A stretch of DNA of 64,000 nucleotides from Planctomycetota bacterium (GTDB taxonomy: Bacteria > Planctomycetota > Brocadiia > JAADGH01), in NCBI GenBank assembly GCA_040755855.1, contig JBFMAD010000005.1, positions 96,001-160,000 on the forward strand. The letters run 5' to 3'. The notes under the pieces are model-generated. The model saw nothing but the letters and a program-made list of their open reading frames with translations, did not search any database and was not told the DNA's origin. Made by a program: the position numbers and the translations under genes. Position 1 is the stretch's first letter; each line of letters begins with the position of its first letter. Below are positions 28,085 through 38,199 of this stretch, in pieces.

Positions 28085-28969
28085 CTACTGCGGAGGAAGA
28101 TCAAGCAACTTCTCAGCATTCTTCCATCCGATCTTCTCGTAAACCTCGCGGGAGATATGACCGCCTTCGACGGCCTCGTTCAGGAAGTCAATAAGGGGCG
28201 TCTTGTTCCTCGGATCACAGATGTCGAGACCGAAATAGAGCTGATCCTGGAACTCGGTCATGAAGGCATAGCCGAAGTCCGGGTCGCGGCTCACCGCGTT
28301 GCACCCGCTGCCGGCGGACAGGTCGCCGCAGAGCATCGGATACTCCCGCATCATGCGTACGAGCGCGCCCCCCTCCGTGACCTTGCCCTTGGAGTAGCCG
28401 GACCGGTTCTGCTCGGTGGCATCGCCGCTAATCTCGGACCAGAAGACGGGGGAGTGGCCGAGGAACCGGAGCTTCGGGAACTTCTTGAGCGCGCCTTCCA
28501 GAAGCGGAAGGTGCAAGTGATCTATCATGCCATACATCCCGCCTTCCTTTGAGGCCATGTGGAACGTCACGGGCAGGTCGCAGGCCTCGGCATGTTTGAA
28601 GAGATTGTCCATGCGCGGGTCGTCCACGGGGATGTTGGCGCAGACCTCGCCGAGGCCCTTGCAGCCGTGGTCCTTGTAGTATCGCATGAGATAGCCGAGG
28701 TCGTAGGTGGGTGAATTGCACTGCTGGCGCGGGTCAATGTTCATGAAAGGGATGAAAAAGTCGGGGTATTTCTCCGTGACGGCCAGGGCATCCTCCGTGC
28801 TCTGGATGATGTGCGCGCCTTCGGGGTTGGCGCTGGGCAGGTTGACCATCGCGCGCACGCCTTTCGGTTTCAGCATGGCCATCAGTTCTTCGGGTGTGGC
28901 GAAGCGCTGGCCCTTCTCGGTGGGCGGGATGGGAAAAAACATCGTATGGCCGTGAATGTCAATCAGCAT
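28085..28969 (-). CDS. Amidohydrolase 2 family protein
   Basis: IDIHGH, GLGE, PVTFH, FLGHS, LYFGLD. Confidence 0.88.
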   Translation of the reverse strand: MLIDIHGHTMFFPIPPTEKGQRFATPEELMAMLKPKGVRAMVNLPSANPEGAHIIQSTEDALAVTEKYPDFFIPFMNIDPRQQCNSPTYDLGYLMRYYKDHGCKGLGEVCANIPVDDPRMDNLFKHAEACDLPVTFHMASKEGGMYGMIDHLHLPLLEGALKKFPKLRFLGHSPVFWSEISGDATEQNRSGYSKGKVTEGGALVRMMREYPMLCGDLSAGSGCNAVSRDPDFGYAFMTEFQDQLYFGLDICDPRNKTPLIDFLNEAVEGGHISREVYEKIGWKNAEKLLDLPPQ

Positions 28970-29063
28970 ACCTTTCTCCAAAGAGTTGAAACGCATTGTC
29001 TCGATTGGGAATAGCGTAACCCGTCGCGTTTGTCAATGGCCATATTGGGAGACAAACCGGGAA

Positions 29064-30221
29064 TCAGAGTATTCCGGAGAAGGGAAGAAGAAACAGGAGC
29101 ATGTCAGCCTGCATGTACGCGCATTCCGTGACCTCCTCGCCTTCGTCACGCATGGGCAGAAGCCCGCAGGGGGTTCGCACGCTGAGGAGGTACTTGAGGA
29201 GTCTTGCGGCTGTGTTGGTGTTTCGCTTGCCCCCGACACGACGCAGTACGTTGTAGGTGATGGCGTAGGGCCAGATGTTGTGCTTTGCCGTGGATGTCTC
29301 GTTCTTTTCCCAGAGCATCTCACCCTTCGGACCGACACAGGAGCACAGGAAAGCCGTGGCTTTGGATAGGGCCTGCTTCAGGTCCTTTGCCGGTGCGAAA
29401 GCAGTCGCGCCCTTGAGCAGAGCGGAAAGATCGCCTTGTCCGGTCGGCAAGCCGGCAAGCAAGTCGAGGATGTTAAGCAGGCACCACAGGACGAGCGAGG
29501 TGTAGTTGATCGTTATTCCGCCTTCGGTGCGGTAGGGGAAGCACCCACTCGGCCACTGGGCGGTCAAGGTGTGGACGACGCTTCGACGCGCTCCTTGCAG
29601 GAAGATGTTGAGCCGTCGCTCATAGACGTCGCGCAGAGCGGCATATACCGACATGAGCGATTCGGCGGCGTGAAGATTTGCATTGAGGGTGTCGTACGGC
29701 GAGCGCTCGTGGTGCGGGAAGATGCCTGAGCCTGGCGGCCACTCGATGGAGAGCACCCAGTGTCCCACTTTCTGCAGGCAGTCGAAATAGGATTTTTTGG
29801 GGGGCAGACCCGCAAGGACCGCGTGCCCAAGGCCGTGCGCTGCGAAGCCCGTGGCGATGGTGGAGCATTCCTCCAGACCGGTGCGTTCCCAGTCGCTTGG
29901 AGTCTCATTATTCTGAATCTCAAAATAGCCCCCGCTGGGGCGCTGCCGTGCGGCGAGCCAATCAAAGGCCAGCTCGGCGCGGTGCATCATCTCGGCGTCT
30001 TGCCTCTTCTTGCCGATCAGCCAGAGCGCCAGCGCCGCGCTCCCCGCCGTGCGATTGTGATGTGCGCCGCCAGCGTGATAATCGAGCAGGGGACCATGGT
30101 AGGCTTTCTCGCTCCAGAACGAGCCGTAGTATTCACCGGGGGTAAGGTCCTGGCAGCGCAGGAGGTACTTCAGAATCGTCTCGCAAACCTCGCGGACATG
30201 TCGCTCCGCATCAGACGACAT
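29064..30221 (-). CDS. Hypothetical protein, probable (alpha/alpha)6-barrel fold
   Basis: 385 aa with repeated W/L..Q..xG.F motifs (WLAARQRPSGGY, AQWPSGCFPY). Confidence 0.6.
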   Translation of the reverse strand: MSSDAERHVREVCETILKYLLRCQDLTPGEYYGSFWSEKAYHGPLLDYHAGGAHHNRTAGSAALALWLIGKKRQDAEMMHRAELAFDWLAARQRPSGGYFEIQNNETPSDWERTGLEECSTIATGFAAHGLGHAVLAGLPPKKSYFDCLQKVGHWVLSIEWPPGSGIFPHHERSPYDTLNANLHAAESLMSVYAALRDVYERRLNIFLQGARRSVVHTLTAQWPSGCFPYRTEGGITINYTSLVLWCLLNILDLLAGLPTGQGDLSALLKGATAFAPAKDLKQALSKATAFLCSCVGPKGEMLWEKNETSTAKHNIWPYAITYNVLRRVGGKRNTNTAARLLKYLLSVRTPCGLLPMRDEGEEVTECAYMQADMLLFLLPFSGIL

Positions 30222-30315
30222 AGGTCAAAGTCTCCTATTCTAATTTGGAGAGAGCGTTGCGTATGTAGGTGTCCTTCTTTAACGCCGCGGTGAAGGGGGA
30301 TGGCGCTCAGATTGC

Positions 30316-31275
30316 CTACACGCGCTCCCGCCAGTATTCGAGCAGGTCCTTGAGGCTTTGTTCCAGTGGGATGCTCGGTTCCCATCCGGTAGCCTTGTGG
30401 AATTTGGCGGTGTCGCCGGTCAGGATCGGCAGGTCGCTGGGGCGCATGCGGGCGGGGTCGGGCTGCACCTTCACCGCCGCCGAGGACATGGCAATGAGCA
30501 TGTCCAGCAGCGCCTGCATCGTGATGACCGAGCCGGTGCAGATGTTGTAGGCCCCGCCGGGTGTGCAATGCTGCGCCGCGAGGTAGTAGGCCCGGGCGAT
30601 GTCGCGCACGTCGGTATAGTCGCGCTCGGCGGAGAGGTCGCCGACGTGGATGACCGGCTCCTGCTTGTCCTTTTCGATCATGGCGATCTGCCGGGCGAAA
30701 TTCGGCGCAGCGAAGTCGGGGCTTTGACGCGGGCCAACGTGGTTGAAGGGCCGCAGGTTCACCGCGGGAATTTTGTCGTTCTGATGGTAGAGCCGGGCGA
30801 GCATCTCCTGGCTGGCCTTGGTGATGCCGTACATATTGGCGGGATTCACCGGCTTGCTCTCCGGCACGGGCAGGTCCTCCCGCGCGACCAGGCCGTAGAC
30901 CGCGCTGGAGCTGATCATCAGCGTCTTTGCCTTTGGGCAATTACGCTTGATGGCCTCGAGCAGGTTCAACGGACCAAGCACATTGCTCAGGATCGCCTGT
31001 TGTGGTCCCTTCTCGGCGGACGGCACGAAGGAAAGCGCGGCGAGGTGAACGACCCAATCGGGCTTTGCAGCCTGAATCGCCTCGGTCACCTGGTCGCCGG
31101 AGGCCAGGTCGCACTGGTGCAGGGTCACCCGGCCTGCGCAGTGCGCCAAGTTCGGCTCCTTGCCTTCAAAAACAGTCGTCCCATGGACCTCGATGCCCTT
31201 GCTCAACAAGAGATCGGTCAGGTGGCTTCCTGCGAACCCGCCTATGCCTGTGATGAATGCTCGCATTGTCTTCAT
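30316..31275 (-). CDS. rmd: NAD-dependent epimerase/dehydratase, probable GDP-4-keto-6-deoxy-D-mannose reductase
   Basis: [38 protein letters not shown]; directly coupled to gmd. Confidence 0.75.
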   Translation of the reverse strand: MKTMRAFITGIGGFAGSHLTDLLLSKGIEVHGTTVFEGKEPNLAHCAGRVTLHQCDLASGDQVTEAIQAAKPDWVVHLAALSFVPSAEKGPQQAILSNVLGPLNLLEAIKRNCPKAKTLMISSSAVYGLVAREDLPVPESKPVNPANMYGITKASQEMLARLYHQNDKIPAVNLRPFNHVGPRQSPDFAAPNFARQIAMIEKDKQEPVIHVGDLSAERDYTDVRDIARAYYLAAQHCTPGGAYNICTGSVITMQALLDMLIAMSSAAVKVQPDPARMRPSDLPILTGDTAKFHKATGWEPSIPLEQSLKDLLEYWRERV

Positions 31276-32243
31276 GCTTCCTTCCAGCGCTGCAGCCGCT
31301 CGAGGTCGGCGTCAACCATCATCTTGATGAGTCCTTCAAAATCAACGGTTGGCGCCCAGCCCAATTTCTTTCTTGCCTTGCCCGCATCGCCGGTAAGGAG
31401 ATCCACCTCCGCCGGGCGGACCAGCGCCTGATCCACAACCACAAAATCTTTCCAATTCAGCCCAACATAGTTGAAAGCCAATTCCACGAGATCGCGGACG
31501 GAGTGCGTCTGGCCCGTGGCGATGACGTAATCCTCCGGCTCGTCTTGTTGGAGCATGAGCCACATGGCGCGGACGTAGTCGCCGGCGTAGCCCCAGTCGC
31601 GGCGGGCGTCCAGGTTACCCAGGCGGAGTTCCGGGGCCAGCCCGAGCTTGATGCGCGCCGCACCGTCGGTCACCTTGCGCGTCACAAACTCCAGTCCCCG
31701 CCGGGGCGACTCGTGATTGAACAGGATGCCCGACACACAGAACATCCCGTAGCTCTCGCGGTAGTTGACGGTGATCCAGTGGCCATAGACCTTAGCCACC
31801 CCGTAGGGGCTGCGTGGGTGGAAGGGGGTTTTTTCGTTTTGCGGAACTTCCCGCGCCTTGCCGAACATCTCGCTGCTGGATGCCTGATAGAAGCGCGCGT
31901 CTTTGTTCACAAAGCGGATGGCTTCGAGCATCTTAGTCACCCCTACGGCGGTGATCTCGGCGGTGAGGCAGGGCTGCTTCCAGGACGTCGGCACGAACGA
32001 CATGGCGGCCAGGTTGTAAACCTCGTCCGGGTCGGCCTCCCGGAGAATCTCCATGATGGACAACTGGTCGAAGAGGTCGGCCTGGCGGATCTCGATGCGA
32101 TCTCGGATATGCTCGATCCGGTCCATCTTCTCCGTGCTCGATCGGCGCACCATGCCGAAGACCCGGTATCCCTTTTCAAGTAAAAATTCGGCCAGATACG
32201 ATCCGTCCTGGCCGGTAATGCCGGTAATGACCGCTGTTTTCAT
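31272..32243 (-). CDS. gmd: GDP-mannose 4,6-dehydratase
   Basis: [45 protein letters not shown]. Confidence 0.96.
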   Translation of the reverse strand: MKTAVITGITGQDGSYLAEFLLEKGYRVFGMVRRSSTEKMDRIEHIRDRIEIRQADLFDQLSIMEILREADPDEVYNLAAMSFVPTSWKQPCLTAEITAVGVTKMLEAIRFVNKDARFYQASSSEMFGKAREVPQNEKTPFHPRSPYGVAKVYGHWITVNYRESYGMFCVSGILFNHESPRRGLEFVTRKVTDGAARIKLGLAPELRLGNLDARRDWGYAGDYVRAMWLMLQQDEPEDYVIATGQTHSVRDLVELAFNYVGLNWKDFVVVDQALVRPAEVDLLTGDAGKARKKLGWAPTVDFEGLIKMMVDADLERLQRWKEA

Positions 32244-32415
32244 GCGAGGTTCTTTCCTTTTGTTCTCTCTATATGACAACGCGTGAAGGACAGATGATAT
32301 ACTGACTTGTCCTTCCGAATCCAGTTATTTTTCGCGTTTACTTGGGGATGCTTGTGTGCTATATTCCCAATTCACGCTTATATACTTCCAAATCTTCCGA
32401 CATCAGGAGGTGGAT

Positions 32416-35400
32416 ATGCAGGCGCGTATCTGCTCGGGTCTTCTTCTCGCAATTCTGATAGGATTGCCTCTGGCTGCGCAGGATAATCCCGTCACGAACG
32501 GCGGATTTGAGGCCCTTGACGGTAATGGCTTTCCCGTGGATTGGGTCGCATACATTCCGAAAAACCTGATCGAGGGCGGGGAGGGTATTGTTGATATCAT
32601 CAAGGACGCCCACAGCGGCAACCATGCCATCCGTTTGAAACTCGATGCGAAAAAGGGCGCGCTCGGCCTGAACCGGGTCGGCAAGCCAAAGGATGTCGAG
32701 GGGCCGGGGAAGATGCTCATGCAGCTTAGGGGCGGCATCGGGTTCTACTACAAGGCCATCCGCTCGGAGGGGGCGCGGCTGAGTTTCTGCGTGATCCCGA
32801 TGAAGGCCGATGGGATCGAGGGAGGGGGCAAGCGATCCACCTACGTGGTGCCGCCGGAACACATCGGCGATGGGGCGTGGCATCGGTGGGTACAGAAGTA
32901 TGATTATACCGGGTGTGAGGATGTGAAATATATCCAGGTTTGCCCGCGCATCCATCTGACGGGGGGAGAGATTCTCTTTGACGATATTCGCTACGTCCCC
33001 CAGGTTGGCCCCTTGGCGATCCTCGGTGAAGGTCGGCTGCAGGAGATCGGCGGGCAGGAAGGCCGGAAATGCGTTGTGACGTGCACGGTGGAAAACGCGG
33101 GCGATGCTCGCGCCGAAAAGGTGACGTGCCGTCTGGAGGCGCCGAATTACCTGAAGCTCGTTCCCGGCGCGGAGCAGACCGTGCCGCGAATAGAGGCGGA
33201 CGGCAAGGAGGGCGTGAGTTGGATGGTGGAGGGGATTCGCTCCAAGGTGGACCAGATGGTTGTCACCGCTGAGATGACCGGCGGGGAGAAGCTGTCCCGG
33301 AAGATCGTTTTGCGGCCGGATCTTGTGATAGACAATGTGATTCCCGATCGGTTTATAGTTACGCTGGCCGATGAGTTCGGCATTGTGTGTCGGCTCGGGA
33401 ACAAGGGGACGGCGAATGCGCTTGGAGCAACGGTGAGCCTGCATCCTTCGGCGGAGATGCGTCTCGCCGAAGGCGAGGGCGCGGAGCGAGAGGTAGATGT
33501 TCCCGCCGGGGGTAGCGTGGAATTGCGATGGAAGATCAAGCCGCGAGTCGAGGGCCGTGATGGCGTCGCGCTGCTTCGAATGCAGTATGGGGGAGTAACG
33601 CATGAGGCAAACACATGCCGCGTCGTACTCGCACCATCTTACTTGCGGGACGAGTGCGATTCGCTGAGCAACGAACATATTCGCCTCAACTTCCCGCGGG
33701 CGTCGTTCGGCTACGGGGTGATTACTATTGAGGTATTTAACGGCCAGGAGTGGGTTGCCGCGGGCGCCATCCCCCGCCTGGGGCGGTGTGTCTGGTTGAG
33801 CGAGGCGGGGGAGAGGGGCGAACGGCCTATTTACGCCCCGGAGATTCAAAAGGGAATCAGCAATGTCGTCTTCAAAGACAAATTCAGCGACACCGACGGG
33901 CGGAACTGGTCGGCGGAGACCGTTTTCTCCATTTCGTCGGGAAAACGGTTTGTGAATGTTGAGTCCCGGCTGAAGTGCGATCGTGATGCAAAGCTCCTGT
34001 GCTTCGAAGGACCTATGGTCTATGCCGGAGAGGGCGCCTTCGGAGGTGTTAAATCGGACGCGCTGTTCCCCGGGCTGGAGTGGCTGGTTGGCGAAGAGGT
34101 CTCTTCCAGCCTGCTCGACGACCACACGCCCAATCATGTCCGATATGTGCCTCACCCGAACAAGATCACGATCCCCCTCATGGCCGTGCGAAAGAGCCAC
34201 ACGCTTCTTGGTGTGATGTGGAATCCGTTGAAGAAGTGGACGCGCCAAAGGGTCGTGGTCGGCGAGACGACCAAACCCGACGGCGCCAAGGCCCCCTTGA
34301 CGCAGGAGGGGGCGGATCGCCCCTGCGCGGTGTTCGCATCGCCAAATCAGTTCGAGGGCACGAGGAGCCACCTTATGGGGATTATGGTCCCGTCGGTTCC
34401 TACATGGATGGAAGAGAATGCGCGGGAGGCATCTGTTCCGTTCGCGCTTGCCAAAAACAGCCCCATTGAGATCGAGATGCAGATTATAGGGAGAGGCGAC
34501 GCGCAGGACTGCCTGTCCGCCGTGGACTGCTGGTTTGAGACAAACGGCGTGATCGCGCCGATGCCCATTCCGCGCGGGAACTACGAAAAGGAAATCGAAT
34601 TCAGCATGAGCGCCTACCTCGACACGCTCTGGATTCCTGAGAAGAAGATGTGGTGGAGCTCCATATGCCCCCATCCTCTTCTCCAGCGCGAGGTGAGATC
34701 GCCGCAATTCTGCATGGGCCTCTACATGGCGTCGCAATTGGCGCGAGATAAGGAGCTACGGTCGCAGTATCTGCTCCGCCTGCATGAAGTCCTCCCGCTT
34801 CTGGAGCGTAACTACGGCGTGGACCTGGCCTATCGCCTGGGGAACGTGGAGGCCATGCTGAAGGGCGCGGCGAGCCAGGTGGTGGGCATCGTTCAAGGCC
34901 AGGGGGAGCAGGGGGAGTGGCGCTTCAATGGCAATCGTATCGGTAAGGGTATATTTAAGGGGCGAGACTACGGCCTCCTCGGGCCGCACAATTCGGTGGA
35001 GGTAGGGACGTGCGCAGCAAATGCAAAGCGGCTGCTGCACTTTGCGCGGATGACCGGCGACGGGGCCGCCCTGGAGGCGGGTTTGAAGGCGTTGAAGTTC
35101 ATGGAGCGCTTTGATGTCCCGCGCGCTGCGCAGGTGTGGGAGGTGCCGGTGCATACGCCCGACGTCCTCGCCGCAGCGCTTGCCTCACATGCCTATCTGG
35201 AGGGCTATCGCATCACCGAGGAGAAGCATTACCTGGCGGAATCGGTTCGCTGGGCGCGGGCGGGGCTGCCGTTCATCTATTTTTGGAACGTGGAGGAGTT
35301 CCCCTTCATGCGCTATGCCTCGATCCCTGTCTTTGGCGCTACGTGGTATCAGGGGAGCTGGATCGGCCGCCCCGTGCAATGGAACGGTCTGGAATACGCC

Positions 35401-36414
35401 CATGCGCTATTCGATCTGGCGGAGCACGACGACAGCTTCCCCTGGCGGAAGGTCGCCGAGGGCATCACCATCAGCGCGCTCTACCAGCAATCCACGGACA
35501 AGGACAAGGACTACGCCCTCTGGCCCGACAGCATCAGCGCCATTGACGCAAAAAAGAGCGCGTGGGTTTTCGCGCCACATCAAATTTTGACGTGCATTTT
35601 CAAGATGCTCGGACGACCGTACGAGCCGACGACGGTAGTTGTGCAGAGCCCGAATGGTAGAATCCATATTACATCGTCAGCACGAGTTGACGCGGTGGAC
35701 TTTAACGGGGAGAAGCTTGCCTTTCGCCTATGCGCCGAAGACGCGGGGGCATACTACACAACCATCTCGCCCATCGCTCCGCCGACAAAGATCGTACGGG
35801 ATGGAGAGGTGTTGCCGTCTGGGGAAGCGGCAGATCAGGACGACGTGGATGGCTGCCGATACACTCCGTCACTGCACATGCTTGCCATTCGATGGTGGAG
35901 CCGAGGGATGAGCCAGATCGAGGTTCACGGCGTCAAGCCGGAACTCATGTCAATCCTCCCCAAGGTGTCTAAGGAAATCTCGTTCCAGTTTGACAACCAG
36001 GATGACGCTGAAGGGTGGCGCCCCGCCCACGACGTGGACGCCTTCCTGGTCAAGGGCGGCACGTTGCGGATGAAGATCACGGGACGTGATCCTTACATCA
36101 TTCGGGAGAACATGAAAGTCGAGCGCGTTCCCGACCGGCTTGTCGTCCGCATGAGAGCAACCAAAGGGAGCAGCGCGCAGGTGTTTTGGTGCACGAAGGA
36201 GTCTGAACCGTGGGGCGAGGACAAGTACATCGACTTCCCGATCCAGGGCGACGGCCAGTTCCACGACTATGAGATTGACCTGGCATCGCATGAAAAATGG
36301 AACGGGCAGCACATCACCGCCCTGCGCATTGACCCGCTTGCCGGCGACGGCTTCGAAGGCGCCGAGGTGGAGATAGACTTCATCAAAGGCAAAAATCAGC
36401 ATCCAAATCCATAG
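32416..36414 (+). CDS. Large secreted multidomain protein: CBM-like, Ig/CARDB-like, putative (alpha/alpha)6 barrel, C-terminal CBM-like
   Basis: ATG after AGGAGG; signal peptide; NGGFE..FDDI; core PRAAQVWEVPVHTPDVLA paralogous to 992-3577. Confidence 0.75.
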   Translation: MQARICSGLLLAILIGLPLAAQDNPVTNGGFEALDGNGFPVDWVAYIPKNLIEGGEGIVDIIKDAHSGNHAIRLKLDAKKGALGLNRVGKPKDVEGPGKMLMQLRGGIGFYYKAIRSEGARLSFCVIPMKADGIEGGGKRSTYVVPPEHIGDGAWHRWVQKYDYTGCEDVKYIQVCPRIHLTGGEILFDDIRYVPQVGPLAILGEGRLQEIGGQEGRKCVVTCTVENAGDARAEKVTCRLEAPNYLKLVPGAEQTVPRIEADGKEGVSWMVEGIRSKVDQMVVTAEMTGGEKLSRKIVLRPDLVIDNVIPDRFIVTLADEFGIVCRLGNKGTANALGATVSLHPSAEMRLAEGEGAEREVDVPAGGSVELRWKIKPRVEGRDGVALLRMQYGGVTHEANTCRVVLAPSYLRDECDSLSNEHIRLNFPRASFGYGVITIEVFNGQEWVAAGAIPRLGRCVWLSEAGERGERPIYAPEIQKGISNVVFKDKFSDTDGRNWSAETVFSISSGKRFVNVESRLKCDRDAKLLCFEGPMVYAGEGAFGGVKSDALFPGLEWLVGEEVSSSLLDDHTPNHVRYVPHPNKITIPLMAVRKSHTLLGVMWNPLKKWTRQRVVVGETTKPDGAKAPLTQEGADRPCAVFASPNQFEGTRSHLMGIMVPSVPTWMEENAREASVPFALAKNSPIEIEMQIIGRGDAQDCLSAVDCWFETNGVIAPMPIPRGNYEKEIEFSMSAYLDTLWIPEKKMWWSSICPHPLLQREVRSPQFCMGLYMASQLARDKELRSQYLLRLHEVLPLLERNYGVDLAYRLGNVEAMLKGAASQVVGIVQGQGEQGEWRFNGNRIGKGIFKGRDYGLLGPHNSVEVGTCAANAKRLLHFARMTGDGAALEAGLKALKFMERFDVPRAAQVWEVPVHTPDVLAAALASHAYLEGYRITEEKHYLAESVRWARAGLPFIYFWNVEEFPFMRYASIPVFGATWYQGSWIGRPVQWNGLEYAHALFDLAEHDDSFPWRKVAEGITISALYQQSTDKDKDYALWPDSISAIDAKKSAWVFAPHQILTCIFKMLGRPYEPTTVVVQSPNGRIHITSSARVDAVDFNGEKLAFRLCAEDAGAYYTTISPIAPPTKIVRDGEVLPSGEAADQDDVDGCRYTPSLHMLAIRWWSRGMSQIEVHGVKPELMSILPKVSKEISFQFDNQDDAEGWRPAHDVDAFLVKGGTLRMKITGRDPYIIRENMKVERVPDRLVVRMRATKGSSAQVFWCTKESEPWGEDKYIDFPIQGDGQFHDYEIDLASHEKWNGQHITALRIDPLAGDGFEGAEVEIDFIKGKNQHPNP

Positions 36415-36442
36415 CTTCAAGACGAAGCAGGAGGGAAATAGC

Positions 36443-36964
36443 ATGAAGCGTCTGGTGCTGATCGTGCCGTTGCTGTGTCTTGCAGCCGATGGGCCGGAGA
36501 TCGAGGGATGGAAGGTCTTCAATGGCAAATGGACCGGAACGACAAAAGACCTTCATTCATCCACCGGCACGATCGTTTGGGGGCAGGAGGCAAAGAAGTC
36601 CATCGAGTTTAGCTTCAAACTCCGGATTGCGAATTTTGGTTCCGAGGGGAAGGGCGTCGTCGCGCTTTTCTGGGGATGGCCCTCTGATGACCGGATAAAC
36701 AGCGAACGAAATAGTCTGCTGGTTTATCCACACAAAGTTTTCTTCTGCGATAGCCGACAGCCCTCTGGGATGCAGAAATTTGACTATGATTGGTCGCTCG
36801 ACAAGACAATACAAATCAAGGGCAAGATTCTTCCCAAGTCTGGGCAAATAATGGTGGGGACAAACAAACTCGTGTGCAACAAACTCAACGGCCTTGGGCC
36901 GTTCGCGTTGCATGTGAATGGCGCTGAAGCCTACTTTTCAGATATTGTTGTGAAAACGCGATAG
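36443..36964 (+). CDS. Secreted hypothetical protein, possible beta-jellyroll/DUF1080-like; paralogue of 223-786
   Basis: Signal peptide with LLCLAADGPEIEGWKV; AGGAGG RBS. Confidence 0.7.
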   Translation: MKRLVLIVPLLCLAADGPEIEGWKVFNGKWTGTTKDLHSSTGTIVWGQEAKKSIEFSFKLRIANFGSEGKGVVALFWGWPSDDRINSERNSLLVYPHKVFFCDSRQPSGMQKFDYDWSLDKTIQIKGKILPKSGQIMVGTNKLVCNKLNGLGPFALHVNGAEAYFSDIVVKTR

Positions 36965-37012
36965 ACGGCAATAGCGATCCATAAATGAGAAGTTGCTACA
37001 TTCTGTGCTTGT

Positions 37013-38107
37013 TCATCTCCTGACTCGGCCCGATGCCTGCCCCGCGACGAGCGAGGTGACTTCACCGAGGGTGACATAGTTGAAGTCGCCCTTGATCGAG
37101 TGTTTCAGGCAACTGGCCGCTACGGCAAAGAGAATGGCCCTCTCCGGCAAGGCGTAGTCCTTGCTGTTAAGGGCGTATATCAGCCCCGCACCGAACGAAT
37201 CCCCGCCGCCGACGCGATCCACGATGTCGCGGATCTCATAGGGAGAGTACCCCCCGTCCTCATCGAGGGGAGCAAAGAACGCCTGATCCGCCTTGACATC
37301 GAACAGCATTCCACCCCAATTGTTGTGACTGGCGGAGATACTCTCGCGCAGCGTGATGGCCACGCGGGAGATGTTCGGGAACTGTTTGACGATCGTGCGG
37401 GCTACCTGTTCATAGGCCGCGGCGTTGATCCGGCCCGATTCCACGGATGTGCCTTCGGCATGGATGCCGAGGACGTCGGCGGCGTCCTCCTCGTTGGCGA
37501 TCACAAGATCAATGTACGGAAGGACTTGCGACATGCACTCCCGCGCCAACTCGTTTGCGGAGCGTCCGGCCTTCCACCGCCACAGCTTCTTGCGGAAGTT
37601 CAGGTCGCACGAGACCGACGCGTTGTGTTCCTTTGCCTTCTTCACGAGGGCGAGGGTGGAGAGGAAGGCGTTCTCGCTGAGGGAGGGCGTGATGCCGGTC
37701 ACATGGACCCAGTGAACCCCATCGAGCGCCTTGTCGAAGCCGTACTCATCTGGCGCGGCAAGGGAGATTGCGCTGCCCGCGCGGTCGTAGATCACGTTCG
37801 AGCTGCGCTGGTTCGCCCCCGTCTCGAGGAAGTAGATGCCGAGGCGGCCTTCCTTTCGGAGAAGGACGTGCCGGGTGGCAATGCCCAGCCCGTTTAGGTT
37901 TGCCAACAGACTCTGGGTAATGGCATTATCGGGCAGGGCGGTGACGTAGCGGGTTCCGTACCCGAACAGGGCCAGCGAGGCGCAGACGTTCGCCTCGCCG
38001 CCGGCGAACATGACATCCACCTTGCCTGGCAGACATTGACGAAAACGAAGGAAGCCGTCCGGAGTGATACGCATCATAATCTCGCCGAAGGTAAGGTACA
38101 TGTCCAT
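37013..38107 (-). CDS. kdgK: 2-keto-3-deoxygluconate kinase (PfkB family)
   Basis: TFGEIMMR, GGEANV, CDLNFRKKLW, DRVGGGDSFGAGLIY, KHSIKGD. Confidence 0.85.
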   Translation of the reverse strand: MDMYLTFGEIMMRITPDGFLRFRQCLPGKVDVMFAGGEANVCASLALFGYGTRYVTALPDNAITQSLLANLNGLGIATRHVLLRKEGRLGIYFLETGANQRSSNVIYDRAGSAISLAAPDEYGFDKALDGVHWVHVTGITPSLSENAFLSTLALVKKAKEHNASVSCDLNFRKKLWRWKAGRSANELARECMSQVLPYIDLVIANEEDAADVLGIHAEGTSVESGRINAAAYEQVARTIVKQFPNISRVAITLRESISASHNNWGGMLFDVKADQAFFAPLDEDGGYSPYEIRDIVDRVGGGDSFGAGLIYALNSKDYALPERAILFAVAASCLKHSIKGDFNYVTLGEVTSLVAGQASGRVRR

Positions 38108-38151
38108 CTCCTTTCTCGCTTTTGTGGTTGGACCATTGGATTGTTGCTGCG

Positions 38152-38180
38152 GTTATAGTCGGGCAGTTCCGATTTGTCAA
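38152..38180 (-). promoter_or_regulatory. Sigma70-type promoter for kdgK
   Basis: TTGACA-17 nt-TATAAC on the minus strand. Confidence 0.65.
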
Positions 38181-38199
38181 GCGTCCGACGATCTGGATT

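Noticed and set aside
32359..34737. Long antisense ORFs (792 aa here; also 3672-5201, 19691-20878, 22857-24053, 2366-3322, 55969-57249)
   Set aside because: Shadow frames of well-supported genes in GC-rich DNA, with no motifs of their own.
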